This document shows positions 17,329 to 28,063 of a stretch of DNA of 64,000 bases, piece after piece. Below the pieces are notes generated by a model that had not been told where the DNA came from, made no database searches, and saw nothing but the letters and a program-made list of their open reading frames with translations. The DNA comes from a virus (lineage: Duplodnaviria > Caudoviricetes): positions 1,932 through 65,931 of the IMG/VR virus record IMGVR_UViG_3300049846_003387, one strand, 5' to 3'. Position numbers and translations under genes: made by a program. Each line of letters begins with the position of its first letter. Position 1 is the stretch's first letter.

Positions 17329-18334
17329 CTTAACTCCATCCTCAATACATAATAAATTAAGAAAATTAACTTCTCACCTTGATAAGCGCTTAATTAAATT
17401 AGAAAAATCTCTCTTTACAATACAAAAACAAGTTTTGCGGTTTAAGAAAGACTTCCCACCAGCAGTACCACAAGTAAATATGCTCTCTCGAATAGAGAAG
17501 TTGCGCTCTTTAATATCAACAGAACGTCGATCGCTTCAAGTTTTGAAGCGATCTAAACCAGGGTTTTTAGCTGCGATCGTAGACTTTGTTTACAATTGGA
17601 CCATAAGTTCGAGATCTCCTTCTCAAAAAGAAAAATATTTGCAAAATCTCAAGCAACTGAATGAACTTCAGGAGACAGAATCGTTAGGATCTCAAATGGG
17701 AGCTGACCCCATCAGCGAAGTGATCAAGCTATTTTACAATAAATATAAACCGGACAACAAAATAGACACAAATTCCTTCAGAAGGATACTAGGATCATTG
17801 ATGTCTTCAGAAAGAGCAATACAAGATTTAGTAAATCTTGTCTCAGGTAGCTTTGAGAATAAAAACAATGCTAAGCAAGCAATTCACGATATTGTTGTAA
17901 GTTTGGAAAGACATCTCACTACTCTTCATCCTGAAAATCAGGTAGCAATAACAAGTAAATTTGATCGAATTCGTCAATATTTAGGTAATGTTAAAACAGC
18001 AGGTGCTGAGGATTTTGAGCAATTTATTCAAAAGACACAAGCACACTTAGAAGGCTATATTATAGAGAATAACAACTTCAAAAATCGCCTTGAAGAAATC
18101 ACAAACAACATTGGAAAGCTACCAACACTTTTAATGAGCAGGGACGACTTAGCTTTGATTCAAAAATACCAAAGTTATATTTCAGAACTACTTAGTAGTG
18201 ATGGAAATGGAATTCAAGCTAAACTTCTTCAATTAAGACAGGAATTTGATAGACTACAAGTTGAGTGTGAAAAAATGAAAGCGAGTGAGCAAGTTACTCA
18301 AAATCCAATCAAATCTACTCCGGAAGTAGAATGA
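17321..18334 (+). CDS. coiled-coil hypothetical protein
   Basis: 337-aa ORF; VKTAG motif. Confidence 0.8.
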   Translation: MSNLTPSSIHNKLRKLTSHLDKRLIKLEKSLFTIQKQVLRFKKDFPPAVPQVNMLSRIEKLRSLISTERRSLQVLKRSKPGFLAAIVDFVYNWTISSRSPSQKEKYLQNLKQLNELQETESLGSQMGADPISEVIKLFYNKYKPDNKIDTNSFRRILGSLMSSERAIQDLVNLVSGSFENKNNAKQAIHDIVVSLERHLTTLHPENQVAITSKFDRIRQYLGNVKTAGAEDFEQFIQKTQAHLEGYIIENNNFKNRLEEITNNIGKLPTLLMSRDDLALIQKYQSYISELLSSDGNGIQAKLLQLRQEFDRLQVECEKMKASEQVTQNPIKSTPEVE

Positions 18335-18343
18335 TTTTGAATG

Positions 18344-18350
18344 TATTGAT
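18344..18350 (+). promoter_or_regulatory. TATTGAT box
   Basis: Intergenic, 50 bp before ATG 18401. Confidence 0.6.
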
Positions 18351-18400
18351 CATATAAGTAGTATTAGGAAATCTATAAATTAGTTCATAGGAGGATATAA

Positions 18401-19993
18401 ATGTCTGACTCTAATAATGTCTTGGAGCGTATTGAGCAATTAGCTCAGGAGCTTTTTTTACAAGAGCGTAAAATATATACAGCTGGACTCTTAGTTCCTC
18501 GCTTCAAGGAAGCTGCTGCTCGAAATCGACACGATATTACAATTAATCAAGCAGCTTTTGTGTTAGATCAAGTAGCATCAAAGAATCCTTCTAGAGAGAT
18601 TTCTGCTAGTGATCTTAAAGAGTTAGCTAGTACTTTTTACTCTCCTTCTACTAATTTTCATCACGAATTTGCTGATCTTCTTGAAGATGAGCAAGCATCA
18701 ATATCACAAAAACAAGCTTCGCGATTAGATTTTCATGGACATGCTAGAGACATAACTCTCAATGAAACATACAAGAAGGCAGAAGTTATTGTAGATGATT
18801 CTCTTCTTCTTACTCCAAGTGAAGAAGGTTTAGCTTCTCAAGCAGTTCAACTCATTAACGATGAATTAGCTCAAACTGGTCTTGTTGTGCAAGCTTCAAG
18901 TGTTTTGAAATTTAAAGATAATTCAAAATTGGTCTTTCAAACCAAGCTAAAAACTGCTTCAAATGAAATCGAAGTTGTTGTTCCAGTAGAAGTAGTCGAT
19001 GAAGTTCCACTTTTTCCTCAAGTTCTTGCCACAACAGAAAAAGTCTATACTTTAGATAATCAAGGATTGAGTGATCTCATTGCTGATACCGAAGCATCTA
19101 CCTTACGTAAACGCGCAGAACATATAAGTTCTTTGCGTACTGCAGAAGATTATGATATGGCTCTTCGAAGCGATACAAGAGGTCAATATGCAGAAGAAGT
19201 GGATGAATTTGAGGTTGAAGCACCTAAAGTAGTGTCTCTTGGACATACAGAAATAGAACAAGTTTTAAGAGATGCGGTTTTAGCAAAAGATTCTAAATAT
19301 ACTGAGCAGACTCGATATGCTGGTCGTGAATTAGTAGAGTCAGAGTTAAATCAAATGGGTTTCTTTAATTCTCAAGTCAAATTTGATGGTGATTATGAAC
19401 ATGGCTTAACTTACAAAGCTAGTTTAAATACTGGTGTAGGCAGATTAGACGTGGTAATGCCTGTTGAAATCCATCCTTCTCAAAAAATTATGCTTCCTCC
19501 TTCGCAATTTAAGGCAGCCAATCAAGAAGAGATTCACACTCTCACAAAAGAAGCAGTACTACAAGTAGCTAGAGTTACTAAAACAGCTTCAGCAGAGGTG
19601 TCCCCTCTACTGTTTGCCATGAGTTATCCTGACTTGCGTAAGCAACTCAAAATTGCAGCTCAAAATCGTAAACATAAAACTGCACAGCAAATCATCAATA
19701 TTGTTGATGAAAAGTTTGGTGATTATTATCGAAATGCTGCTACAGATGATTACCAAACTTGGCTTGAAGAGTCTTCAGCTAATTACGAATCTCGATGTGG
19801 TGGTTGTGATCACTATGCTCCTAAGACTGCTCAAGTTCATAATGATTACTGCAACTTACTCAAAACAGCTTCTAAGAATGTCCAACAAGATCAACAAACT
19901 GATATTTGTGTGCGCTCAACTTTCGCCAACCTAGAAGAGGCGCAAACCTTTCTCGACAATGGAGAAAATATTAAGATCAATTGGGAAGATTAA
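18401..19993 (+). CDS. putative virion protein with duplicated domain and C-terminal Cys cluster
   Basis: Two repeats (ELAQTG...VVVPVEV / ELNQMG...VVMPVEI); many KTA motifs; AGGAGG RBS. Confidence 0.85.
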   Translation: MSDSNNVLERIEQLAQELFLQERKIYTAGLLVPRFKEAAARNRHDITINQAAFVLDQVASKNPSREISASDLKELASTFYSPSTNFHHEFADLLEDEQASISQKQASRLDFHGHARDITLNETYKKAEVIVDDSLLLTPSEEGLASQAVQLINDELAQTGLVVQASSVLKFKDNSKLVFQTKLKTASNEIEVVVPVEVVDEVPLFPQVLATTEKVYTLDNQGLSDLIADTEASTLRKRAEHISSLRTAEDYDMALRSDTRGQYAEEVDEFEVEAPKVVSLGHTEIEQVLRDAVLAKDSKYTEQTRYAGRELVESELNQMGFFNSQVKFDGDYEHGLTYKASLNTGVGRLDVVMPVEIHPSQKIMLPPSQFKAANQEEIHTLTKEAVLQVARVTKTASAEVSPLLFAMSYPDLRKQLKIAAQNRKHKTAQQIINIVDEKFGDYYRNAATDDYQTWLEESSANYESRCGGCDHYAPKTAQVHNDYCNLLKTASKNVQQDQQTDICVRSTFANLEEAQTFLDNGENIKINWED

Positions 19994-20008
19994 GAGAAAG
20001 AGGATTTT

Positions 20009-21496
20009 ATGACTACACTTCAAGAAAGATCACAAAAGCGAGAACAACTTGTTAAGATAGCCAAGAGTGGTTTTGTTGATAAGGCTGCTAAATTATATAT
20101 AAGTTTGTTTCGTAGCGATCTTGAGCACTTAGATACAGGAGATCAAGTTCCAGCAACAGTTCCTGTAGGTAAAGATAAGTTTGTAGAATGGACCAAGGAA
20201 ATAGTCGAACGTTTTTTCCCCAAACTTTCAGGTATTCTTGAAAATGACGAACTTTTAAAGGGGTTTGCAATTCAAGTAGCTGATGCAATAGGCAAAAGCA
20301 GTACTCCCATTTTAAATCCAATGAGAGACTATGAAAAAAGTCAAGATCCTATCTTCATTAGAGCACAAAAAAAGAAATTAGCGCAGAATTATACACCCGC
20401 TAAACCAGATAATGAAAACCTATACACTACTCCAATAGAACATAGTAGATATTGTCCCGAACATCCTGGTGCCATGATGCGTAGAGTTAGTGATAACGTC
20501 TATCAATGCCCAATTTCAGGTAATCTCAATACTGTCGAACCTTGGAAAGAAAAGTTCGACTATCGTGGTGGTCACGAAGTAAGGTTTGAAACAGGAGTTC
20601 ACAATCAAACTTCCGAAGGATGGAATCACCAACATCCCATTGCACCATTTCTAAGTCCAGAGGTTGATAGAGATAATATTCTTAAGCCAAAAGGTAAGCC
20701 TTACGATTACTCAAAGCTATATGGTGTTAAAACTCCCGATCTTCCAAAAAAGAAAGAAGCAAATATTTTATCTACCTTAATTAAGGTAGCCGAAGAAGCA
20801 AGAATGTCGAAGAGTTATATTAAGAATATTCAGGAGTTAGCTACTAATATTGATCAGATGATTTCTCCAGAACAAGATCTTGATGATTGGGTTGATGCTA
20901 AGATTGTTAAAGCTAATGAAGCTTTAAGTGATGTACATAATTTTTTAAAGAATTATCCTCAAGAAGAAAATTCTTTAGAACAAATGAATTTAGTAGCCTC
21001 TACGAAAACTGCACAGCAACTTTTTGCTCCTACTACTATGATGACACGTCAATGCCCTGATCATCCAGGTCAGCAATTAATAAGAATTGCTGATAATCTT
21101 AGACAATGCCCTTTAGATAGTAAAGTCTACGATTTTGTTAGAGGCTTTACGACCGAAGACGGAGTCAAGCACAATGGCGGATCCGTCAATAATCAGCAAG
21201 CTATTCCTCCAGGCTCTATAATCATTAAAAAAGAGGCGGAATTAATCAAGGAAGCTGAAGCTGGAGTACATGCCTTTTTGTACAATCATGTATTGCCACA
21301 CTTACCTTCTCAAGCTGAGTATGCAAGACGTGTATTGAACTATAAATTCTCGCAACCTGCCATGACTTTAGAGCAGGCAATAAAAGACATTCAAAAAGCA
21401 GATCAACTCGTTGCTATTCAAAAACAGGAAGAGCAAAAGAAGGCAGTAGCATCATCATTGAAGCTTCTCTTTAAGAAAGAAGGTGAAAATCTATGA
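20009..21496 (+). CDS. putative virion protein with two CPxHPG metal-binding repeats
   Basis: RYCPEHPG...YQCP and RQCPDHPG...RQCP. Confidence 0.85.
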   Translation: MTTLQERSQKREQLVKIAKSGFVDKAAKLYISLFRSDLEHLDTGDQVPATVPVGKDKFVEWTKEIVERFFPKLSGILENDELLKGFAIQVADAIGKSSTPILNPMRDYEKSQDPIFIRAQKKKLAQNYTPAKPDNENLYTTPIEHSRYCPEHPGAMMRRVSDNVYQCPISGNLNTVEPWKEKFDYRGGHEVRFETGVHNQTSEGWNHQHPIAPFLSPEVDRDNILKPKGKPYDYSKLYGVKTPDLPKKKEANILSTLIKVAEEARMSKSYIKNIQELATNIDQMISPEQDLDDWVDAKIVKANEALSDVHNFLKNYPQEENSLEQMNLVASTKTAQQLFAPTTMMTRQCPDHPGQQLIRIADNLRQCPLDSKVYDFVRGFTTEDGVKHNGGSVNNQQAIPPGSIIIKKEAELIKEAEAGVHAFLYNHVLPHLPSQAEYARRVLNYKFSQPAMTLEQAIKDIQKADQLVAIQKQEEQKKAVASSLKLLFKKEGENL

Positions 21497-21840
21497 AAAA
21501 AATAGCTCAACAGCAAGAATGGAAAGACGCTCTAAAAGCTATTTTGAGAGAAGACCTCGAGGCAATCAAAGAGGTAGACGGAACCTATGAAGAATGGGCA
21601 GACGAAATCTTCAGTGGCAACATGCCAGATGCAGCTTATGATCTCCTCGAACGAGGAGATCAAGAGTTTGGAGTTGAAGAAGCTTCTCAAATGTTTAAAG
21701 ATGTCTGTGATAGCTTAAATCTAAAGCATGTTGCAGGAGGCTTGAAGCCTCTTAAAGAGAGAACACTTCGCAAGCTAGAATCCTTTCTACAGGTTGCAAA
21801 AAAAAAAGTAAAAAAAAATCAAGCAAACCCAAAAAAGTGA
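21493..21840 (+). CDS. hypothetical protein ending in poly-A slippery runs
   Basis: MKKIAQQ start; A10, A9 and A_AAA_AAG before the stop. Confidence 0.8.
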   Translation: MKKIAQQQEWKDALKAILREDLEAIKEVDGTYEEWADEIFSGNMPDAAYDLLERGDQEFGVEEASQMFKDVCDSLNLKHVAGGLKPLKERTLRKLESFLQVAKKKVKKNQANPKK

Positions 21841-22004
21841 CCGAAATTGCTGATGCAATTCAACGTGACCATTCTGACATCGATGAAGTAGCTGCATACA
21901 AAATGGCCTGGGAAAGCTACTGTTCTTATGTCAATCCATCGTATGATGGATGTACTGCTAAGGGCAAATCTAAGCGCAAGAGTCCTAAGTCTGCACGCAA
22001 CTAA
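21837..22004 (+). CDS. -1-frame extension of 21493-21840, or coupled 55-aa gene
   Basis: Open frame VTEIADAIQRDHSDIDEVAAYKMAWESYCS...SARN* fills the gap up to the next RBS. Confidence 0.7.
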   Translation: MTEIADAIQRDHSDIDEVAAYKMAWESYCSYVNPSYDGCTAKGKSKRKSPKSARN

Positions 22005-22013
22005 GAGGTAATT

Positions 22014-22694
22014 ATGACGAAAGTTATAGGCTTTGATAAAATACAACATCACCCTGACAAAGATGAAATAATAACAAAACTTATTAGTGGTGAACCCACA
22101 CGTGTCATAGAGGCTTGGCTAAAAGCAAAGTATCCCAATAATCGCCACAATCAGGTATCTTATCTATCCCTTCAAAGTTTCCGTAAATCTCATTTGAAGA
22201 TCGATCAAGCTATTTTAAAAGATCTTCAAAAGGAACGAAAACAGCAGTTGATCCAGCGTAAGTACGAGCAACAACAAGAAATGGTACAAAATACCAGAGC
22301 CTACCAAGCAGGTCTTGCTAATTATGTACAAGATAGTTTAATAGACTACAATGCCGAAATTCTTCAAATGATGGATCACATACGCGAAGGAATAGACAAT
22401 CTTCGTGCTCTCAATAGTTCAAAAAGCTCACATCTCAATCATCAGGCAATATCTGCTTATCTTGAAAAATATAAAAGTGTTATCGAAATGCATCATAAGA
22501 TGATTGAAAAACAAAAGAAAAGTGAAGGTGACAGACTAGAAGAGAATTATGAAGTTCTAACAAAAAAGATGAATATTCTCATAGAAGCTGTAAAAGAAAC
22601 CTTTAATGAAACTAATCCAGAGGGATTATTTGTTTTTATTAGTAAGATTAAAGATAAAATGAACGAGGCTGGGATTCATAATGACGCAATATAA
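22014..22694 (+). CDS. N-terminal HTH-like helical protein (possible terminase small subunit)
   Basis: HPDKDEIITKLISGEPTRVIEAWL...VSYLSLQSFRK, then coiled coil; function is a guess. Confidence 0.5.
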   Translation: MTKVIGFDKIQHHPDKDEIITKLISGEPTRVIEAWLKAKYPNNRHNQVSYLSLQSFRKSHLKIDQAILKDLQKERKQQLIQRKYEQQQEMVQNTRAYQAGLANYVQDSLIDYNAEILQMMDHIREGIDNLRALNSSKSSHLNHQAISAYLEKYKSVIEMHHKMIEKQKKSEGDRLEENYEVLTKKMNILIEAVKETFNETNPEGLFVFISKIKDKMNEAGIHNDAI

Positions 22695-24228
22695 GCAAGC
22701 TCAACAAACTCAACAAACAAAGATAGTTAAAGTAGAAGAGCCAAAAGAGGATCCCCGCAAACAACAGATTGATCGCCTGATCGAACAAATCAAGAGCAAC
22801 CGCGCGAATAATATCACACTAACTAAGCAAATTATATCCAACATTAGTCTTCTCATGAATGATGAAAATTATGGTAAGGATAATTTTGCTTCTCTAAGTC
22901 AAGTTAAAATGCGTTACCAAAAGCTTCTAGAATCTTTAGAAAATAGTACGCCTAAAATAGCTCATAAAACTGCACAATTTGTTGAAATGCCAGAAACTCC
23001 TTCTCCAGATAATCAAAACGCAACTACCCTCTATAAGCAACTTGAATCTCAAATACAAAGATTGGAGAGTCAATTGAAATTGATGGCTCGCGCAATGAAT
23101 GAAGGTGTAGATCTTGTAACGCAAGCACTAAATGCAAACCAAGACTGGGCAAAGCAATATCAACCTTTGGCAGCAAATTGGAGTAATGTCCAAAAACTTG
23201 GCTGGGAATTAGATCTTCTCGAAAAGAAAGCTTATCCAGCTATGGAGTTCTATAAAGGGAAAGTTAAAAAAAATGACCTAGACAAATGGAAGACAACAGC
23301 AATAAAGATTGATTCTTTTAGAAGAGTATATGGGAAGAATTATACATTTCCACAAATCCTCTTTCACTTCACTAAACAATGGGATATGTTTGAGAGATTT
23401 AGTTTCAAGAAGTGGTATAAATGGAATTATAAACAAGCGAGTGTAAAGATGAGAAAAATCGCAGATTTCGTTCAACAAGATAGGTTGCAGCAATTTACAC
23501 AAAAAAGAAAGAAACTTCTTCAAAGAGTGAATCTCGTTCGCAAAGCTCTCCACGATTTCTTGAATAGTGGGTTGATCTCCCAACAAGATTCTAATGCTAT
23601 CTATAAGATTATTGCAATGTTAGAGTTCGAGGCTATGAAGCTTCAAGCTCCTAAAGTAACGACTGCTCGTGTCAATAGAGCAGCTAAGCTCTTAGCTAAA
23701 CATGGTTTTCAAGAAGGTAGTGATATTTTAAAACAAGCTTCTCAAGAATTCGTTTCTACAGAAACTCTTAAGACTGTTAAGGTAGCGAATGCAGACTCTC
23801 ATAAAGCGGTAGATCTATTGAAGAAAATTAAAAAAGAGATGGATTCGCTTAGTTATTCCAAGCATCTAGATGCACTTTATGATATCAAAAAAGGTTTAGA
23901 GGTAATCGGTCGAGCCGGTGACGCTGAAGCAATTGAGAAGGTTATACGCGATGAATTAGGTTCACTTGAGAAATTTAACAAAAAGCTCATTGAAGTTTAT
24001 ACTAATTTAAGTCGTGTTCCTTTGGAATTATCAGAACAGGAAGATCCAACTAAGCCTTCGCAACAATCTATGGATGTGCCTTTAGAAGTCTCTGAAGAAG
24101 AGGCTACTCCTCCTGTATCTAAGCCATTAAAGCAACCTATAAAGCCTTTGATCCAAACAAAACCTCAGGTAGTTAAGCCTGCTCCTTTACCTGCTCCTGC
24201 TATTCAAGAAAGGATTCCTAATGTCTAA
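22681..24228 (+). CDS. putative internal head protein
   Basis: 515 aa, helical, many KxA motifs, Pro-rich tail. Confidence 0.8.
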   Translation: MTQYKQAQQTQQTKIVKVEEPKEDPRKQQIDRLIEQIKSNRANNITLTKQIISNISLLMNDENYGKDNFASLSQVKMRYQKLLESLENSTPKIAHKTAQFVEMPETPSPDNQNATTLYKQLESQIQRLESQLKLMARAMNEGVDLVTQALNANQDWAKQYQPLAANWSNVQKLGWELDLLEKKAYPAMEFYKGKVKKNDLDKWKTTAIKIDSFRRVYGKNYTFPQILFHFTKQWDMFERFSFKKWYKWNYKQASVKMRKIADFVQQDRLQQFTQKRKKLLQRVNLVRKALHDFLNSGLISQQDSNAIYKIIAMLEFEAMKLQAPKVTTARVNRAAKLLAKHGFQEGSDILKQASQEFVSTETLKTVKVANADSHKAVDLLKKIKKEMDSLSYSKHLDALYDIKKGLEVIGRAGDAEAIEKVIRDELGSLEKFNKKLIEVYTNLSRVPLELSEQEDPTKPSQQSMDVPLEVSEEEATPPVSKPLKQPIKPLIQTKPQVVKPAPLPAPAIQERIPNV

Positions 24229-26068
24229 TGATCTAAAGTACTATAATAAATTAATCAAAGAATTAGAATATGCTCAAACTAACACTAGAGCGGTACCTAT
24301 AATGAGAAGTGCGACGATAGCTAATGATATTACGAAAGATTTAGATCAAAGATTTAAAAAAATTCTCCAACATACAGGAAACAACACCGATCAGGCTATG
24401 GAGCTTATAGTCGAAGAGATTAAAGATGTTTATCCCGATAATGATGTGGCAGAAAAATGGCTAAATAATCAGAAATCAAAAACCCCTGTTCTTGATAAAG
24501 ATAGTACAGAGAAATCGTGGTATAAAACTAAAGAAATCGAACTTTTTCGGATTCTGATGAGAGATCCTATTGATCCACAAGATTATGTAAGCTGGATGCA
24601 CAACTACATTGTGAAGACAAACTCAACCGCCATTAGAAGACTTAAGGAGGCTCAAGCTAATCCTTCTTTTGAAAATACAATACTTTTTTTTAATGATATT
24701 GAAACAATAGCTAAAAATCTTCTTGATCAAAAAGAAGAAGCCTTTGGTAAGAGTCTCCTCCATACACCTGGAGCTATAACAACGTCAATTACAAATCCAT
24801 GGGGATCAACTTCTCCTTATGTGGTAAAAAATTACTGGCTCAAACATAGGTTCACTCTCAGAGCAGCTCTCGCAGCAGCTTACAAGTTACCATTGCCTAA
24901 ACAACAGTCTCCTCAATCTAAGACTAAGCAATCAAAAAATGTACAGCCTTCAGAAGAGAATCTAAAGTCTGCTAACTTAACGATGCAGCAGCTAATGAAT
25001 GAGGCTAAAAAAGCTGGTATCGTAGATCCAACAGAAGTAAGAGATTTTGTTCTCAAAAGGCTTTCAGTACCAGAAAAGAAATCTTCAATAAGATCTTTTG
25101 TGCGATATGCAAATAATCAAAGCGATTTAGTAAAAAAGATGATTCAAGATCCTAAGGAATTTGCTGAGGCCTATTATAAGATTTTTAACAAAAGTTATAC
25201 TCCTAAACAAATTCAAAAGCACTGGCAATCCTCTTCTACCAAGAAAGAGGTAGGTCCTCCTTCTTCACAAAAGCAAACACTTAAAGTCTATAAAGTCCAA
25301 GAAGGTGATACCCTCAGCTCTATAGCTCAAAAATTAAAAATACCTGGCCTAACCTGGGAGCATCTTGTAGCTTTGAATGGGATCAAAGATCCAGATGTAA
25401 TATCAATAGGCAAAGAGCTAAAGTATCCTTCTAGAGTTGATACAAATACTCCAAAATCTTCTGGACAGTCTAAAGCTAAGACTAAGCAACAAGATCCAAC
25501 TAAGGATGAGTATGGCTTTCCCAAAAAGGCTCCTACTCAACAAACCAAACCTCAACAACAAACTAAACCTCAACAAGCTAAAGTAAAGCCCTTATCCAAT
25601 CTTAAGCAAGAAATGTCTCGCGCACTAAGCGAAGGTGTTGGTCCTGCACAAGAACAAGACAAACAAAAGATATCTGGAATAGCTAGGGAGTATGCTTCTC
25701 ATTTAGAATCTGCTGCTAAAACAGGAGATCCTGCAGCTTATTATAGAACGCTTTACGAAATCGCTGATCCTCGCAATGCAGCATCTCCCTATGAAATATT
25801 AAAAGCCATAAGAGAGTATTTTTCCGTTGGAATTAGAACTCTAACTAGATCTTATCAAGGAATGAAAAGGACTTTTGAGCAACTAGAACAAGATGAAAAA
25901 TGGCTTGAACATGCTGAAAGCATATTTGCTCAGGCTGGACTTGCGAATGAACAAAAGGTAGTGCGCTTTTTAAGGGCATATGTTAGAGATCAGATGACTG
26001 CTGAATCTCAAGGTTGGGATCGTTTTCAAGCTCACAAAGTCTTTTTGAGCAGACATAGGACACAATAA
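24221..26068 (+). CDS. LysM-domain virion protein
   Basis: YKVQEGDTLSSIAQKL...LVALNGIKDPDVISIGKELKYP. Confidence 0.85.
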   Translation: MSNDLKYYNKLIKELEYAQTNTRAVPIMRSATIANDITKDLDQRFKKILQHTGNNTDQAMELIVEEIKDVYPDNDVAEKWLNNQKSKTPVLDKDSTEKSWYKTKEIELFRILMRDPIDPQDYVSWMHNYIVKTNSTAIRRLKEAQANPSFENTILFFNDIETIAKNLLDQKEEAFGKSLLHTPGAITTSITNPWGSTSPYVVKNYWLKHRFTLRAALAAAYKLPLPKQQSPQSKTKQSKNVQPSEENLKSANLTMQQLMNEAKKAGIVDPTEVRDFVLKRLSVPEKKSSIRSFVRYANNQSDLVKKMIQDPKEFAEAYYKIFNKSYTPKQIQKHWQSSSTKKEVGPPSSQKQTLKVYKVQEGDTLSSIAQKLKIPGLTWEHLVALNGIKDPDVISIGKELKYPSRVDTNTPKSSGQSKAKTKQQDPTKDEYGFPKKAPTQQTKPQQQTKPQQAKVKPLSNLKQEMSRALSEGVGPAQEQDKQKISGIAREYASHLESAAKTGDPAAYYRTLYEIADPRNAASPYEILKAIREYFSVGIRTLTRSYQGMKRTFEQLEQDEKWLEHAESIFAQAGLANEQKVVRFLRAYVRDQMTAESQGWDRFQAHKVFLSRHRTQ

Positions 26069-26070
26069 AT

Positions 26071-26844
26071 ATGCATACGCTTGAGCACATCATCAAATTA
26101 GCAACTGCTGTACAACAATCTGGCGATTACGACACTGCAGATTTATTGAGAAAAGTAGCTTTAGATGTTGGTTTGGTGGAGACAAATAGATATTTTATTA
26201 AGCAATTCAAAACAGCTCAAAAGCAAATTAAAGAAATGCAAGAACAACTAGTTGAGTCTTGTCTTTACAGAAGTGCCGAAGATCTCGACGTGATTGCTCG
26301 AGATCTCCAAGAACAAATTATTGCTTTTCAGGCTTCTGATCCCTTAGAGGCTGTACTTGATAGTTATAAATTACTTCATAAGATTGCAAAAGTGGATAGT
26401 TCCCCTACCTTAATGCAAGAGATAGCTTCTTTAGTAGACGATGAATCTCTATCTGATCAAGAAATTCTTAAGCAAATTCAAGCACTTACGATGGGCCTTC
26501 CTCTTCATGACAAACAGAATATAGCCTATATTCTTGAAAAAGATTATAATTTTTCTTTACCTTTTGAGAAAATCGCTAAGCTAGAAGAGCAAAAAGAAGA
26601 AACCGAGAAAGAAAAAGAACAAAATCGCAAGAAGATCAAGGAGCTACTTGAGGAATATCATTCTTTACCTGAAGAAGAGAGAGTTAACTTTAAAATACCC
26701 GCATCCTTTCCTTCTCAACCTCATATGTGGGGAGGGTTTGCCTATCAAACCACAATCCCCTACAATCAAAACAGTATTCTTAATTTCTGGTCACTAGCTT
26801 CTTCTAAAGAAGCAGATATTCTCAAAAAGATAGCGAAATATTAA
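26071..26844 (+). CDS. putative internal head protein
   Basis: Six KxA motifs; N-terminal helical-hairpin motif. Confidence 0.8.
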   Translation: MHTLEHIIKLATAVQQSGDYDTADLLRKVALDVGLVETNRYFIKQFKTAQKQIKEMQEQLVESCLYRSAEDLDVIARDLQEQIIAFQASDPLEAVLDSYKLLHKIAKVDSSPTLMQEIASLVDDESLSDQEILKQIQALTMGLPLHDKQNIAYILEKDYNFSLPFEKIAKLEEQKEETEKEKEQNRKKIKELLEEYHSLPEEERVNFKIPASFPSQPHMWGGFAYQTTIPYNQNSILNFWSLASSKEADILKKIAKY

Positions 26845-26852
26845 AGTACATA

Positions 26853-26859
26853 TATTGAT
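26853..26859 (+). promoter_or_regulatory. TATTGAT box
   Basis: Intergenic, 31 bp before ATG 26891. Confidence 0.65.
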
Positions 26860-26890
26860 TTTTTAGTAATGCTAAAAGAGGAGTAACTAC

Positions 26891-27586
26891 ATGAATCTTG
26901 AAGAATTTGATATTGAAATTTCGGAGCCAAATGAGGAAGATTCGGTTGAAGTCGAAATTGCTGAAGTTCCTTCAGGGGAACCTCTTGTTATTATTGCTGA
27001 AGATGATATGGAAGTTACAACTGCCGATGTTGAAGAAAGCAATAAATCTGTAGAATATGCTGAATGGTCTTCTCCTGAAGAGTTTCAAGATTACATTCTT
27101 ACAGCTGCTAGAAAAGTTCCAGAGATCTTTGAGAATTCGCCTAATTCTCTAAAGCGAGCTTTTGCTTATCTTGAAAATCTTTCACAAGAATTAACTCAAG
27201 GGGTCGAGCAAGATGCTAGTTATGCTGACCTCTCTGAAGAGCAGCTTCGAACTTTAGATACTTTAGAGCAGGGAATAGAGTTAGCTCTCAAAGATCTCTC
27301 TGCCTCCTTCAATGGCACTCAAAGAATTAAAAAGATTGCAAGCAAATCCGCGGTATTCCATACTTATATTAATCCTTTTATTTATGGATTAGCTAGAACT
27401 CTCATTAATGCTAAAGTATCTCAAGGTAAAAACATAGAGCAAATTTTTGCTGCCTTAGATAAGAAATTTAAATTAGATGATAGAGAAAAGCTTCAGCTAC
27501 TCTATGCCCTAAATGACTTAGGACATCCTATTCGCTCTAGCTTTTTAGATGACGCTATAGATATGATGGATCAATATCAAGCATAA
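26891..27586 (+). CDS. acidic hypothetical virion-associated protein
   Basis: GAGGAG RBS; IKKIAS motif. Confidence 0.8.
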   Translation: MNLEEFDIEISEPNEEDSVEVEIAEVPSGEPLVIIAEDDMEVTTADVEESNKSVEYAEWSSPEEFQDYILTAARKVPEIFENSPNSLKRAFAYLENLSQELTQGVEQDASYADLSEEQLRTLDTLEQGIELALKDLSASFNGTQRIKKIASKSAVFHTYINPFIYGLARTLINAKVSQGKNIEQIFAALDKKFKLDDREKLQLLYALNDLGHPIRSSFLDDAIDMMDQYQA

Positions 27587-27595
27587 GGAAGAGAA

Positions 27596-28063
27596 ATGAC
27601 TGCTCTTAGTAATAATTACGAGAATATTTCTACTATCTTGTCTCTGAGATCTTCTGATCAAGGAATCAATCTCCTCTATATTGTTGAAATAGATGACAAT
27701 GGAATTGTGCATCACTGCTTCGAAAGCGAAAACTACTTCCAAGCTTTAGCTGTAGCAGCTAAAGTCTTTAGTAAACTAAAGACTAAACAAAACGTCATAG
27801 GATCTTTCGGAGTATCTATCGAGGCTTCTCAAGGTAGAGGAATTTCGTACGATGTAAATACATTTACATTTGATGCTTTTTTTGAAAACTCGGATGAGTT
27901 TTATCAAGAATTAATTAATGAATTCGAATACGAAAAATTATATCGTAAAAGTAACAATGTTATTTTTAGAAAGATAGTTAACAAGCATAAATTGAACGAG
28001 TATCAGGAGCATCGCTTTCTTCAACGTCTTAAGGATTTTTTAAATGAAAAAGCAAGCTCTTAA
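27596..28063 (+). CDS. hypothetical protein
   Basis: 155-aa ORF. Confidence 0.75.
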   Translation: MTALSNNYENISTILSLRSSDQGINLLYIVEIDDNGIVHHCFESENYFQALAVAAKVFSKLKTKQNVIGSFGVSIEASQGRGISYDVNTFTFDAFFENSDEFYQELINEFEYEKLYRKSNNVIFRKIVNKHKLNEYQEHRFLQRLKDFLNEKASS

